Positions 1 to 7,921 of a stretch of DNA of 64,000 bases are shown one piece after another. The position numbers and the translations under genes were made by a program. Below the pieces are notes generated by a model, which was not told the origin of the DNA, did not search any database, and saw nothing but the letters and a program-made list of their open reading frames with translations. The DNA is from a virus (taxonomy: Duplodnaviria > Caudoviricetes). Position 1 is the first letter of the stretch. Each line of letters begins with the position of its first letter. The stretch spans positions 32,001 to 96,000 of the IMG/VR virus record IMGVR_UViG_3300021431_000086; one strand, given 5' to 3'.

Positions 1-93
1 CCATTCTCGATTAGTGCCGTAAGTGTTCCGTCACTTTCTTTCAGGCGCACCAGATCGCCTGCCATAAACTTAAATACTCTTGCCATAATTATT

Positions 94-543
94 TTATTTT
101 TCGATTAATTGTTCCGGATTTTCGTGGATGTTTCCAATAACACGAACCAGCCCTGTGCTTGACCACTCGTTCAGGCAAGTCATGTGTGTATAGTCATTAA
201 AGTAGGGGTGAACGCCTTTTAGTAGATAACTGTAATCTTGACAAGTGGCTACATTGAAAGATTCCTCATAGAACACCACGAGTCTTATACCCAACTCAGG
301 TGAGCCATCGATACCAATAATATCTCCCTCGTACACCTCATCTCCCCATCCCGTTGTCAACCCAGTGTACTGCCCCAGCGTTTCGGGATCAATCTCATAG
401 TCTTCCCACGACCTTCCCGTGGCGAGCTCGTCGGGACAAACGAAATGGGCGCCACGGTTCTGCAGGTAGAAGCCGTAGATCCACTGGTTGTTTTTGCGGT
501 TGAATCCGCGAAATTTGATTGTTCTCTTGATGATGTCTGGCAT
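94..543 (-). CDS. YopX-family phage protein
   Basis: N-terminal IKFRG, then W.YG, TLGQYTGL...G.EVYEGDII, and C-terminal VIGNIHENPE, the characteristic YopX pattern. Confidence 0.85.
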   Translation of the reverse strand: MPDIIKRTIKFRGFNRKNNQWIYGFYLQNRGAHFVCPDELATGRSWEDYEIDPETLGQYTGLTTGWGDEVYEGDIIGIDGSPELGIRLVVFYEESFNVATCQDYSYLLKGVHPYFNDYTHMTCLNEWSSTGLVRVIGNIHENPEQLIEK

Positions 544-547
544 AATG

Positions 548-805
548 TTATTTCTCCTTTTGTTTTAGTAATTCCATTTCTAATTCGTTGGCACTTTCCG
601 CCACGCATAGATAACTTTTGCCACCTGTCATTTTCAGAACTCTATAAGGATAATCCTCATGTCCTTCACAGAATCCCCAATCGGTTATTGGACCAAGTGA
701 AGTTATCTGTTCAGTATTGATGAGAATTTCCGGCTTCTTGCTTTTCCTTATATCGTCGAAGCAGCATTCTTCCCGCCCGCTATAAATTTGCACTTTTGTA
801 AACAT
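548..805 (-). CDS. hypothetical phage protein
   Basis: 85-aa ORF tightly packed in the minus-strand array, ACTATG-like start context. Confidence 0.7.
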   Translation of the reverse strand: MFTKVQIYSGREECCFDDIRKSKKPEILINTEQITSLGPITDWGFCEGHEDYPYRVLKMTGGKSYLCVAESANELEMELLKQKEK

Positions 806-816
806 AGGGTTGTATT

Positions 817-1257
817 TTATGGTTTAACATACTTTATCGGCATCACGTTCCCGCCTGTGTACTCATAGAAGAAATGCTGTAATTCGCTGATGGCATCGTG
901 TGGGAAGAACGCAGTTTCTCCATAGCCGCGAGTAACGACTCTGTAACTCCTTTCGTCTTCTTCTCCATTCCATGACAGGGCGAATGGGCTTCCCTCTTCA
1001 TAGGTAAGCGTATCGGTGCTGAACTCCCACGCATTTTCGTAGTCCCAATCATCCCATTCTTCCTTCTTCTCAAACCCGAAAGCCCGCAGCGTCTCAGGCG
1101 TAATCTTGATATACTCCAGTTGGTCGAGACGTACCCACGTCAGTCTGTCGTGACGCTCGTGATAGCCCACCTTCTTCTGATGCACAGCTGCCACCTGTAT
1201 CACCTTCCCGTCAGCCAGCAGGTAGTCGCCAATCATTATGTCTTGTGGTTTCAGCAT
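817..1257 (-). CDS. hypothetical phage protein, 'IPLTPEIL...HELQH' family copy 1
   Basis: MIGDYL...IKITPETL..FGF...ISELQH; motifs shared with 1595-2050 and 50961-51404. Confidence 0.75.
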   Translation of the reverse strand: MLKPQDIMIGDYLLADGKVIQVAAVHQKKVGYHERHDRLTWVRLDQLEYIKITPETLRAFGFEKKEEWDDWDYENAWEFSTDTLTYEEGSPFALSWNGEEDERSYRVVTRGYGETAFFPHDAISELQHFFYEYTGGNVMPIKYVKP

Positions 1258-1271
1258 AGTCAGTTCTCCCG

Positions 1272-1580
1272 TTATAATTCGTAGATGATAAATTGATGAT
1301 ATTCCTCCATCGCCTTTCGTAGATGCGAAGCGTCGGTAGTCAGGAGCTGTGCTGCCGTGTACATCGCATCTGCCAACCTCTTCAGTTTTTGCAGTTTTGG
1401 TTCTGTTTCCTTCATCTGGAACGCAGCACCCACTTCCATGTATTCCTTCACAGCCTCCTTGGGGATGGGGTGGTCGCGGTCGTCATTGTGATGGGTGTAA
1501 TAGCCAAAGCCGCAAATACGTGTAGCCAAATCGTCAAGCGACTTTGCTTTCTGTAATGAGTACTTATTTGCATTGTTCAT
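1272..1580 (-). CDS. hypothetical phage protein
   Basis: 102-aa ORF in the array, AAGGAG upstream. Confidence 0.65.
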   Translation of the reverse strand: MNNANKYSLQKAKSLDDLATRICGFGYYTHHNDDRDHPIPKEAVKEYMEVGAAFQMKETEPKLQKLKRLADAMYTAAQLLTTDASHLRKAMEEYHQFIIYEL

Positions 1581-1594
1581 GGGGCGGTTCTCCT

Positions 1595-2050
1595 TTAATT
1601 TAACAGTTCTAACTCTTTATCAACTTTTAGCACTCTTAGTATATGCTGCAACTCGTGAACATACTCAATATGCGTTTCTATACTGGTAAACTGAAGTCTA
1701 TTGCGAGGGTCGAAATTGAACGCCCTCAATTTTTTCCAATATGTATTGTATTGGATTTCCACCTCACACTTCCTGGCATCAGTGAATTTCATCGTGGCAG
1801 TATATTCGTCATCCGTATAGGTGTCGTCGTATTTCGGCACTTCCTCAACCGTGAAGCAGCCCAATCTTGCAAGAATCTCCGGCGTGAGGGGGATAGGCTC
1901 TGCATTCGTAATATTACACCAATGCGAACCCTTCTCCGAATCGCCATACACGATTCCGTCCTTGAAGCCAGTCACGCGCACAACAATCTTGCTTCCGTCG
2001 AAGCAGTTGAAATACGCAAGGAATCCAGTCATCAATTCGTTTGCTTTCAT
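1595..2050 (-). CDS. hypothetical phage protein, 'IPLTPEIL...HELQH' family copy 2
   Basis: MKANELM...PIPLTPEIL...IEYVHELQHIL. Confidence 0.75.
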   Translation of the reverse strand: MKANELMTGFLAYFNCFDGSKIVVRVTGFKDGIVYGDSEKGSHWCNITNAEPIPLTPEILARLGCFTVEEVPKYDDTYTDDEYTATMKFTDARKCEVEIQYNTYWKKLRAFNFDPRNRLQFTSIETHIEYVHELQHILRVLKVDKELELLN

Positions 2051-2053
2051 TGC

Positions 2054-2341
2054 TCAGTCCTCCTCCTCGTTCAATTCCCACATTCCGCCGGGCAGCTGAT
2101 GCCACTCCGCCTTGCTCTCAGGGAACAGTTCCCAGCAGATGTCGAAGGCAGCTGGTGTGCGGTGCTCCTCGGTGCCGTCGAATGCGCCGTCGCGGAACAC
2201 TCCCTTGATGGTCCGCGCCCCTTTGTCCTCGTCGGCGGCGGCATAGGCAAAGCCGACGTCGGGGAACAGGCGCGACAGGGCTTCCACCATAGTTGAGAAC
2301 CGGCACAGCAGTCCGTTAGGCTGTCTTGCAATATAACTCAT
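2054..2341 (-). CDS. hypothetical protein, possibly chimeric
   Basis: 95-aa ORF packed in the array; GC content rises after about codon 17. Confidence 0.6.
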   Translation of the reverse strand: MSYIARQPNGLLCRFSTMVEALSRLFPDVGFAYAAADEDKGARTIKGVFRDGAFDGTEEHRTPAAFDICWELFPESKAEWHQLPGGMWELNEEED

Positions 2342-2344
2342 AGG

Positions 2345-2500
2345 TCATTCCTCCTTTCGCAGTTCATTTCTTAATTCTTCAATAATCTTCTCTACAGCAT
2401 TATACTGGTCGAACATGTGGACTGGAGGTCTCTTTAGATTATCCGCTGCTTCTTGAAGGCAGCAGATAGCCTCCTGAATCATAAATGTGCGTAATGCCAT
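2345..2500 (-). CDS. small hypothetical protein (MALRTFMIQE...RKEE), not in ORF track
   Basis: Read by hand: 51 aa, fills the gap between neighbours, AACTATG start. Confidence 0.6.
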   Translation of the reverse strand: MALRTFMIQEAICCLQEAADNLKRPPVHMFDQYNAVEKIIEELRNELRKEE

Positions 2501-2503
2501 AGT

Positions 2504-2701
2504 TCACAATCCTTTTGTTATTGTCACACTTAACGCCTCACCATTTCCGAGGCGGTCCAGTTCATTCACCAGCATGGCGATGAACGTACCGAGAGCCTGT
2601 CCCTTGTTATCAGCCAATCTGTTAGCCGTCGTGCGGTCGTGGCGATGCAGTTCCACGCAGTTGTCGAAGTTGTCGAAATAGAATGTCTCAGTTCTTGCCA
2701 T
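2504..2701 (-). CDS. small hypothetical protein (MARTETFYFD...)
   Basis: Internal ATG of track ORF 2504-2797 preceded by AAGGAGGAATAACT. Confidence 0.6.
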   Translation of the reverse strand: MARTETFYFDNFDNCVELHRHDRTTANRLADNKGQALGTFIAMLVNELDRLGNGEALSVTITKGL

Positions 2702-2703
2702 AG

Positions 2704-2829
2704 TTATTCCTCCTTGCTCTTTTTCGATTTCCCTATCCATATCAATGGAACATTGAATATTACGGCGAGGTAAAACAAGCCACCAATCCAGTGCCAAAAA
2801 TTTCCGAAAAAAAATTCACAATACTCCAT
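2704..2829 (-). CDS. small membrane peptide (MEYCEFFFGNFWHWIGGLFYLAVIF...)
   Basis: Read by hand: 41 aa with a hydrophobic core, GGAGG upstream. Confidence 0.55.
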   Translation of the reverse strand: MEYCEFFFGNFWHWIGGLFYLAVIFNVPLIWIGKSKKSKEE

Positions 2830-2832
2830 ACA

Positions 2833-3066
2833 CTATTCCTCCAACTTTTTGATTTTATCAATAACTCTTGCCACCTCCAGCCAACTATGGTTGTACGCCA
2901 GTTGCTTATATCGGACGGCTTCGCGCTCAATCTCAAACTTATGTTCGTTCATAAATGCTATCTGCCTAATGCAGTCATTTTCATATTCCTGCAACGTCTT
3001 GACAAGGTTGTACAGGATGGTTTCTTCATTCTTGGTCATGCGTTTCCTCCTTCTGTTTTCCGACAT
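2833..3066 (-). CDS. hypothetical phage protein
   Basis: ORF in the array; true start may be the downstream MTKNEE. Confidence 0.6.
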   Translation of the reverse strand: MSENRRRKRMTKNEETILYNLVKTLQEYENDCIRQIAFMNEHKFEIEREAVRYKQLAYNHSWLEVARVIDKIKKLEE

Positions 3067-3373
3067 ATCTCACAATCGGGTTAATCCAATCGCCCTCATA
3101 CAACCAATCGCGGTTCCATGAATCGTTATCGAACCCGATAACCTCATACAAGTATCTTCGCCCTTTGTCGTTGTATATAACAGTGCCACCAATGCCGGGG
3201 CAGTTGATATAACGACCATCCGCATCAAAGATTTCAATGAAGGATTTTTCGGCAAGGGTGTCTTTTGGCAGCATGGCCCGGTAATTGTACCACATGCGCT
3301 TCTGATACGGAACGCCCTCGCATTTTGCCTCGCGCTTCCTTTTCAGCGACTTAAAGAAATTGATGATGTTCAT
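3026..3373 (-). CDS. hypothetical phage protein (MNIINFFK...)
   Basis: Internal ATG of track ORF 3026-3520 preceded by AAGGAGGAATAACT. Confidence 0.65.
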   Translation of the reverse strand: MNIINFFKSLKRKREAKCEGVPYQKRMWYNYRAMLPKDTLAEKSFIEIFDADGRYINCPGIGGTVIYNDKGRRYLYEVIGFDNDSWNRDWLYEGDWINPIVRYVGKQKEETHDQE

Positions 3374-3375
3374 AG

Positions 3376-3624
3376 TTATTCCTCCTTTTCTTTTATTCGT
3401 TTTGCCATCCTCCTCGCGTGTTCCCATTCGTCGTTTTCCTTCATGGCTTCCACAAGTTGATAGGTGTTGATACTTTGTGCGGGTGAGTACCGCTTGGACT
3501 TCTCCTGCCACACGTTGCACTTCGACTTGTCGTTCCAGTCCACCACTTCCAGCGTGTAGAGCCAGTCGCCCGTGCGTACCGTCTTCGTCTTGCCCAACGG
3601 CAACATTCTTTCATTCAAAGGCAT
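3376..3624 (-). CDS. hypothetical phage protein
   Basis: 82-aa ORF, GGAGGACTGACCAATG junction. Confidence 0.65.
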   Translation of the reverse strand: MPLNERMLPLGKTKTVRTGDWLYTLEVVDWNDKSKCNVWQEKSKRYSPAQSINTYQLVEAMKENDEWEHARRMAKRIKEKEE

Positions 3625-3627
3625 TGG

Positions 3628-3951
3628 TCAGTCCTCCATGTGCTTCTTGAAGTCCTCAATTAGGTATTCCGCTCCAAGTGCATTTGTCGCATAATACCTG
3701 ATGTTGTTTAACAGCCAACTGCAAGCCTTCTCAATCCATTGCTGCTTTTCGGTCGGCTCATTGAAATCCACCAACTCCATTTTGTCTTGTGCGCAAGAGC
3801 CGATGGATGATACAACAGGCTCATCGGGGAAGTTGTTCTTCAGACATTTGACATCGTAGATGAGATTTTGTTTATTCATCTTGAGTCCTACAATCTGGTA
3901 GATGTTCCCATTGTACTTGACAATATCATCAATTTTGAATTTCTGTTTCAT
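3628..3951 (-). CDS. hypothetical phage protein with 'IEKAC...FKK.M' C-terminal module
   Basis: KFKIDDIVK N-terminus; C-terminus WIEKAC..IEDFKKHM resembles 50718-50957. Confidence 0.65.
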   Translation of the reverse strand: MKQKFKIDDIVKYNGNIYQIVGLKMNKQNLIYDVKCLKNNFPDEPVVSSIGSCAQDKMELVDFNEPTEKQQWIEKACSWLLNNIRYYATNALGAEYLIEDFKKHMED

Positions 3952-4135
3952 ATCTTTTTTGGTTATAGTCTTTCCCCCATGATTCTTTTCTCATTTTTAC
4001 GTTCCTCTTGAAATGTTTGAATCTCCTACAAGCCTTTTCCCACACACGGACGGCTTCTTGAAGCCTTCCTATGTTGTTGATGGGATAGCCGTGCCCCATG
4101 TACTTGCATATCTTTCTTGCAGTTCTTAGTCTCAT
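3929..4135 (-). CDS. small basic hypothetical protein
   Basis: 68 aa, Lys/Arg rich, overlaps the next gene. Confidence 0.55.
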   Translation of the reverse strand: MRLRTARKICKYMGHGYPINNIGRLQEAVRVWEKACRRFKHFKRNVKMRKESWGKDYNQKRYETEIQN

Positions 4136-4138
4136 AAC

Positions 4139-4411
4139 TCAATATCTGCTTTCGTCACGTTCGCCATTTCCGAAGGGGTCGATGACAAACCTCTTCCGTG
4201 AGGCAACCGTCTTGCCGAACCCGTTGTTATCAACAAGGTTGCTCTGGTGAATGTAGAAGTTCGTGTTGTCGAATCCCATAAACCCGGAACCTCGGTTTAT
4301 CAGGCTGCCGTCAATATGCAAGTCCTGAAAGCGCACCACCTGCATGTCACCATGCTCGTGCAGGATTTGACCGATGCGACCATATAGTTCACTTAGCCAT
4401 AACATAAACAT
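4139..4411 (-). CDS. hypothetical protein, first gene behind the structured leader
   Basis: 90-aa ORF directly downstream of the 4421-4503 stem-loop. Confidence 0.6.
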   Translation of the reverse strand: MFMLWLSELYGRIGQILHEHGDMQVVRFQDLHIDGSLINRGSGFMGFDNTNFYIHQSNLVDNNGFGKTVASRKRFVIDPFGNGERDESRY

Positions 4412-4420
4412 ATATAAAAC

Positions 4421-4503
4421 AATTCGACCGCACGAAGCGTTGTCAAGTCCTCTGTGTGACTTTCGGGGTCCTTATCGTAGCCCGACGCTTTTGCGGTCGA
4501 ATT
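4421..4503 (-). ncRNA. C4/CI-like three-way-junction RNA in the operon leader
   Basis: Outer stem AATTCGACCGCA (4421-4432) / TGCGGTCGAATT (4492-4503), plus AAGCGT/ACGCTT, plus two inner hairpins; one loop is complementary to the upstream leader. Confidence 0.6.
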
Positions 4504-4551
4504 AGTTATGATTGTGTGGGGTGATTCTGTCCTCACAGAGGTTTGACGATG

Positions 4552-4559
4552 CAAAGATA
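4552..4559 (-). promoter_or_regulatory. Bacteroidota housekeeping -7 promoter element (TATCTTTG)
   Basis: Exact TAnnTTTG match followed by CA, in intergenic DNA upstream of the 1-4411 gene array. Confidence 0.7.
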
Positions 4560-4753
4560 AGTATAATTTGTGATAATCCGTGTAAATCGGTGCATATTTT
4601 TTATGTAAGAAGTGCAAATTTGTTGTTAATGTCTCACAGAAAGCACAGAAACAATAAAATGCGGAACGCTTCACAGCGGCCCGCATCCAAAAACATTATA
4701 CATATAAGTGCATTACATTATGTTTCCTTTCATCTCTTAACTCTTAACTATCA

Positions 4754-6571
4754 TCACGCTCCTTCTCCGGCCACGGTTTCCTTCGTCCCTGTCTTCGAGG
4801 CATCCAGCGTCGTGAACGTCTGTTGCATCACCACGGGGCGGCAATGGCGGTCGTAGCGGTTGAAGGTGCAGACATCGCGGAGGAAACGGAGGTAGGCACG
4901 TTGGCGCACGTTGAGCAGTTGCTGCTTCATCAGGCGTATCTCTCGGAGTGCCGTGCCGCCGTTGGAGGCACTGACCATCGGCACTCCGATGTCGCGTGGG
5001 TCAACGCCGAAGGCAAGGAAGATGGGTGAGGTGGAGAGTTCCAGCTCCTCCTTGCCGGCCTTGGTCACGTCGCTCTTTGTCTGTGCCACATCCACAATCT
5101 CGATGTTGTGGTGTTCCTTCTCATCCTGTCCCAGCCACATGAACTGGCGCATCATCTTACCGTTGTTCTCGCGCTGCTGCAGGAACTGCTCTACATTCTG
5201 GTCCAGTTCGTCGATGAACTTCTCCTGCTCTTCCTTGTCGCCCTCAATGCCTTTATCGGCAAAAATCATATTGAGGTAGTCAAGCGAGATATAGATGATT
5301 TTTCCCCACGAGGTTGAGTTCTCACGCTGCTTGGCCTTGTCAAAGAGGATGGTTGAAGAGAAGTCATAAGCCTTGGAGAGGATGATGCTCCACCAGTCGG
5401 GCTGCTGGTAGTAGTTTTGTGTGCCGTAGTAGATAGGGCATGTCACCCATACGGGGCGGTTTTTAATGTGTGTGCGCTGGTTCGACTCCACCTGGTAGCG
5501 CCACTCCTCCAGTCTGCGCGTCGCTTCCGCCACGGGGTACATCACCACGTCCTCATCCCTTCCGCTCACGGTGTGTCCCTCCGTCAGGGTGTTGCCTCGG
5601 AACTTCTCCCCGAAGTAGATGTTCTGAATGTGCCGGTACTCGTTCATCACTTCATACCGTATGCCGCCATGCACGATGCTGAGGAAACCGATGCGCACGA
5701 TTCGTGGGTCCCACTGTCCGCGCCGTCCGCGCTCGAAGCCCACCGTGGGGAAGTAGAGGTCAAACATCTGGTCCTCCTTCATGCACTGCAGGAAGTTCAG
5801 GTCGAGGTCGTTGTTCTCCAGAAACTCGCGCAGTCCGGGTATGTGTCGCGGCGTGCTGTCGGCGTAGGTGGTGTCCTCGCCCTCCCATGTGCGCTGCCAT
5901 TCGCGGTAAGCATCGCGCCAGTAGTCGATGCCTATTCCACGTAGCAGCGGGTCGGGACGTTTCTCCTTGTCCAGTTCGCCGATGGGCACAATGCGCTGCG
6001 TGTCGGGTTCCTTGGCGAAGTCGCCGCCGTAGGTGTCCTGCGGCTCGTCCTTCTTCAGTGCTTCTATGCGTTGCAGGATGCGGTAGCCGGCATGTTCGTA
6101 GAGACACATCGTTTCATCCTCAAACTGATACATCATCCTCACGCCCAGTCCCGTGGCGAGGTCGGAGAGATAGCGGAGCGGAGCCGCAGTGTATGGCAGT
6201 GCCTTCGAGAGCGCGTAAATCTGTGAGGGCAGGTTGTCGCCCGCGCCCCATTTGATGTAGCCGCGTCCCAGCGGTTTGCCGTCCTTGCTGATGGTGGTGG
6301 GCGTCTTCTCGCTGCTATCGAAACTCCATGCTACCTTTGCCAGAGGGCCGTTGCTGATGGTGCCCCTGCCGCCCATACAGGTTGCCATGTCCTGTGCCTG
6401 TGTCTCCGACGTGTCGCGGTCGCCCAGCGTAATGCTGTGTAGCAGTCCCGGTCGCAGTGCGTCGATGGCGATGTATCGCCTTTGGTTGAGTTCCTGATTG
6501 AGATTCCTGAACTCATTCATGTCCTTCGGACGATGTACGGGTATGCCACCGCCATTCTTATTCTTCGCCAT
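4754..6571 (-). CDS. phage portal protein
   Basis: 605 aa; Y.KWG..DNLP near the N-terminus, YYQQPDW, and IFLAFGVDP..IG...SNGGTALRE at the C-terminus as in Bacteroidota phage portals; late motif upstream. Confidence 0.75.
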   Translation of the reverse strand: MAKNKNGGGIPVHRPKDMNEFRNLNQELNQRRYIAIDALRPGLLHSITLGDRDTSETQAQDMATCMGGRGTISNGPLAKVAWSFDSSEKTPTTISKDGKPLGRGYIKWGAGDNLPSQIYALSKALPYTAAPLRYLSDLATGLGVRMMYQFEDETMCLYEHAGYRILQRIEALKKDEPQDTYGGDFAKEPDTQRIVPIGELDKEKRPDPLLRGIGIDYWRDAYREWQRTWEGEDTTYADSTPRHIPGLREFLENNDLDLNFLQCMKEDQMFDLYFPTVGFERGRRGQWDPRIVRIGFLSIVHGGIRYEVMNEYRHIQNIYFGEKFRGNTLTEGHTVSGRDEDVVMYPVAEATRRLEEWRYQVESNQRTHIKNRPVWVTCPIYYGTQNYYQQPDWWSIILSKAYDFSSTILFDKAKQRENSTSWGKIIYISLDYLNMIFADKGIEGDKEEQEKFIDELDQNVEQFLQQRENNGKMMRQFMWLGQDEKEHHNIEIVDVAQTKSDVTKAGKEELELSTSPIFLAFGVDPRDIGVPMVSASNGGTALREIRLMKQQLLNVRQRAYLRFLRDVCTFNRYDRHCRPVVMQQTFTTLDASKTGTKETVAGEGA

Positions 6572-6596
6572 AGTCTTTCGTGTCTATGTTTTTGGT

Positions 6597-6634
6597 CACA
6601 AGATAGCCCATGAGAGCCGCGAGGTCAAGGGCAA
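6597..6634 (-). promoter_or_regulatory. late-promoter-like motif copy 1 (portal)
   Basis: TTGCCCTTGA-N19-TATCTTGTG, ends 25 nt before the portal ATG. Confidence 0.75.
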
Positions 6635-6671
6635 GCGCGGGAGCAAAGACTGAGTGCCTTTGGTTTTGCGC

Positions 6672-6709
6672 TTGCCCTTGATTTCGCGTGTCGGTCGGAG
6701 TATCTTGCA
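6672..6709 (+). promoter_or_regulatory. late-promoter-like motif copy 2
   Basis: TTGCCCTTGA-N19-TATCTTGCA, ends 20 nt before ATG 6730. Confidence 0.75.
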
Positions 6710-6729
6710 GACAAAAAGCACACACCGAT

Positions 6730-7293
6730 ATGTTCTCATTCTTCCGTCGCAAAACGTACGGCAACGAGCCGAAGGCCGATGCCGCACCGCAGCCCCTCCG
6801 CATCGAGGGCATTCCCGAAGCACCGTTCACACCAGAGCCGGACGATGCCGAACTGGCAGCACAGGCCGTGCTCGAGCTGATGACCCGGGGCGGTCAGAGT
6901 AATCGGAATACTCCGAGTAATCAGAGTACTCCGAATACTCAGAATAATCCGACTGCTCAGACCACCGCCTACTACCGCGCCCTCGCCTCCCGCATCCGCG
7001 AGGCACACGCGAAGGCAGCGCGGCAGGCAACACGGTTCATCTACAACTGCGAACTGGAACTCCAAAAGCCACGTCTGCCGCTCTACGGCAGCGGCTCGGT
7101 GCAGATGCTGGAGACGGAACTCTACAAACGCATCGACATCATCGAGCGCGAGGGCGGCGAGCTGAAACTGCGCTGGCAGCACTGCCTCGCAGAAGTGACG
7201 GTCAGGCTGATGAACTCGGAACCACCAACATCAGAGAATGAGGTCACACAGGAAGCACAGAAAACACGGAAGGGTTTTGCCAAACACGGATGA
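6730..7293 (+). CDS. hypothetical phage protein (MFSFFRRK...)
   Basis: ATG 6730 follows the motif and an A/C-rich leader; contains an in-frame 9-mer array. Confidence 0.7.
   Translation: MFSFFRRKTYGNEPKADAAPQPLRIEGIPEAPFTPEPDDAELAAQAVLELMTRGGQSNRNTPSNQSTPNTQNNPTAQTTAYYRALASRIREAHAKAARQATRFIYNCELELQKPRLPLYGSGSVQMLETELYKRIDIIEREGGELKLRWQHCLAEVTVRLMNSEPPTSENEVTQEAQKTRKGFAKHG
6895..6960. repeat. degenerate 9-bp tandem array (TCMGARTAM-like)
   Basis: cagagtaat cggaatact ccgagtaat cagagtact ccgaatact cagaataat; similar arrays at 19052-19103 and 56043-56079. Confidence 0.75.
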
Positions 7294-7324
7294 CTTATAA
7301 TCTTTCTGTTTAACAAGAGCACAC

Positions 7325-7894
7325 ATGGCTGTATCACTACTCAGAGATTGGCAGGGACCCGACCGCTACGGCGACGACTTGCTGCTTTTCCACTTCGACT
7401 GGCGCGATGAGCGCGTTATGCGGTGGATAGAGAAATTGCCCGAAATCGGACTGAAGAACTCGCGCGAGAACGTGAAGCGACAGGGCATCGAGAGCAAGGG
7501 GGCGCACAAGGGTACGCTGCTCCGCTCGCTGGCATGGAAGACGTGGGCAGTGAGCGGCGGCGATGCGCAGGTGTTCGAGGCTCGCTATCAGTATTACGCC
7601 AAATTCGTGGAACTGGCTGTGGGAAGGGGCGAACCGTTCAAGCAACTGCCTCCGAACATTCCTGGTCCGAAGTGGCAACCCATCACCATGCCCGACGGAC
7701 GACGGCGAAAGGCGCGTCCGCACGTCGTCACGGAGATGCGCACCCAAGCCCGCAAGTTCTCCACCATGCTGCGCCGTCACTTCTCCTTCGTGGGTCTGAC
7801 GTACATGGCCTATGCGATGGGCGACAACAAGGCTGCCGCCGACACTGTGAACCGTATGCTCCTGGAGCCGGAGACCGACCAGCGGCGATTCTAA
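7325..7894 (+). CDS. putative neck / tail-completion protein
   Basis: 189 aa, directly upstream of the tape measure; GTLLRSL...YYAKFVELAVGRG...RRRKARP recalls HK97 gp10-like proteins. Confidence 0.5.
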   Translation: MAVSLLRDWQGPDRYGDDLLLFHFDWRDERVMRWIEKLPEIGLKNSRENVKRQGIESKGAHKGTLLRSLAWKTWAVSGGDAQVFEARYQYYAKFVELAVGRGEPFKQLPPNIPGPKWQPITMPDGRRRKARPHVVTEMRTQARKFSTMLRRHFSFVGLTYMAYAMGDNKAAADTVNRMLLEPETDQRRF

Positions 7895-7921
7895 GACACA
7901 TAACATACACATATTCGATAT

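Noticed and set aside
7325-7921. Tail assembly chaperone with programmed -1 frameshift before the tape measure
   Set aside because: No slippery heptamer or overlapping second frame was recognised; the gene looks more like a neck protein.
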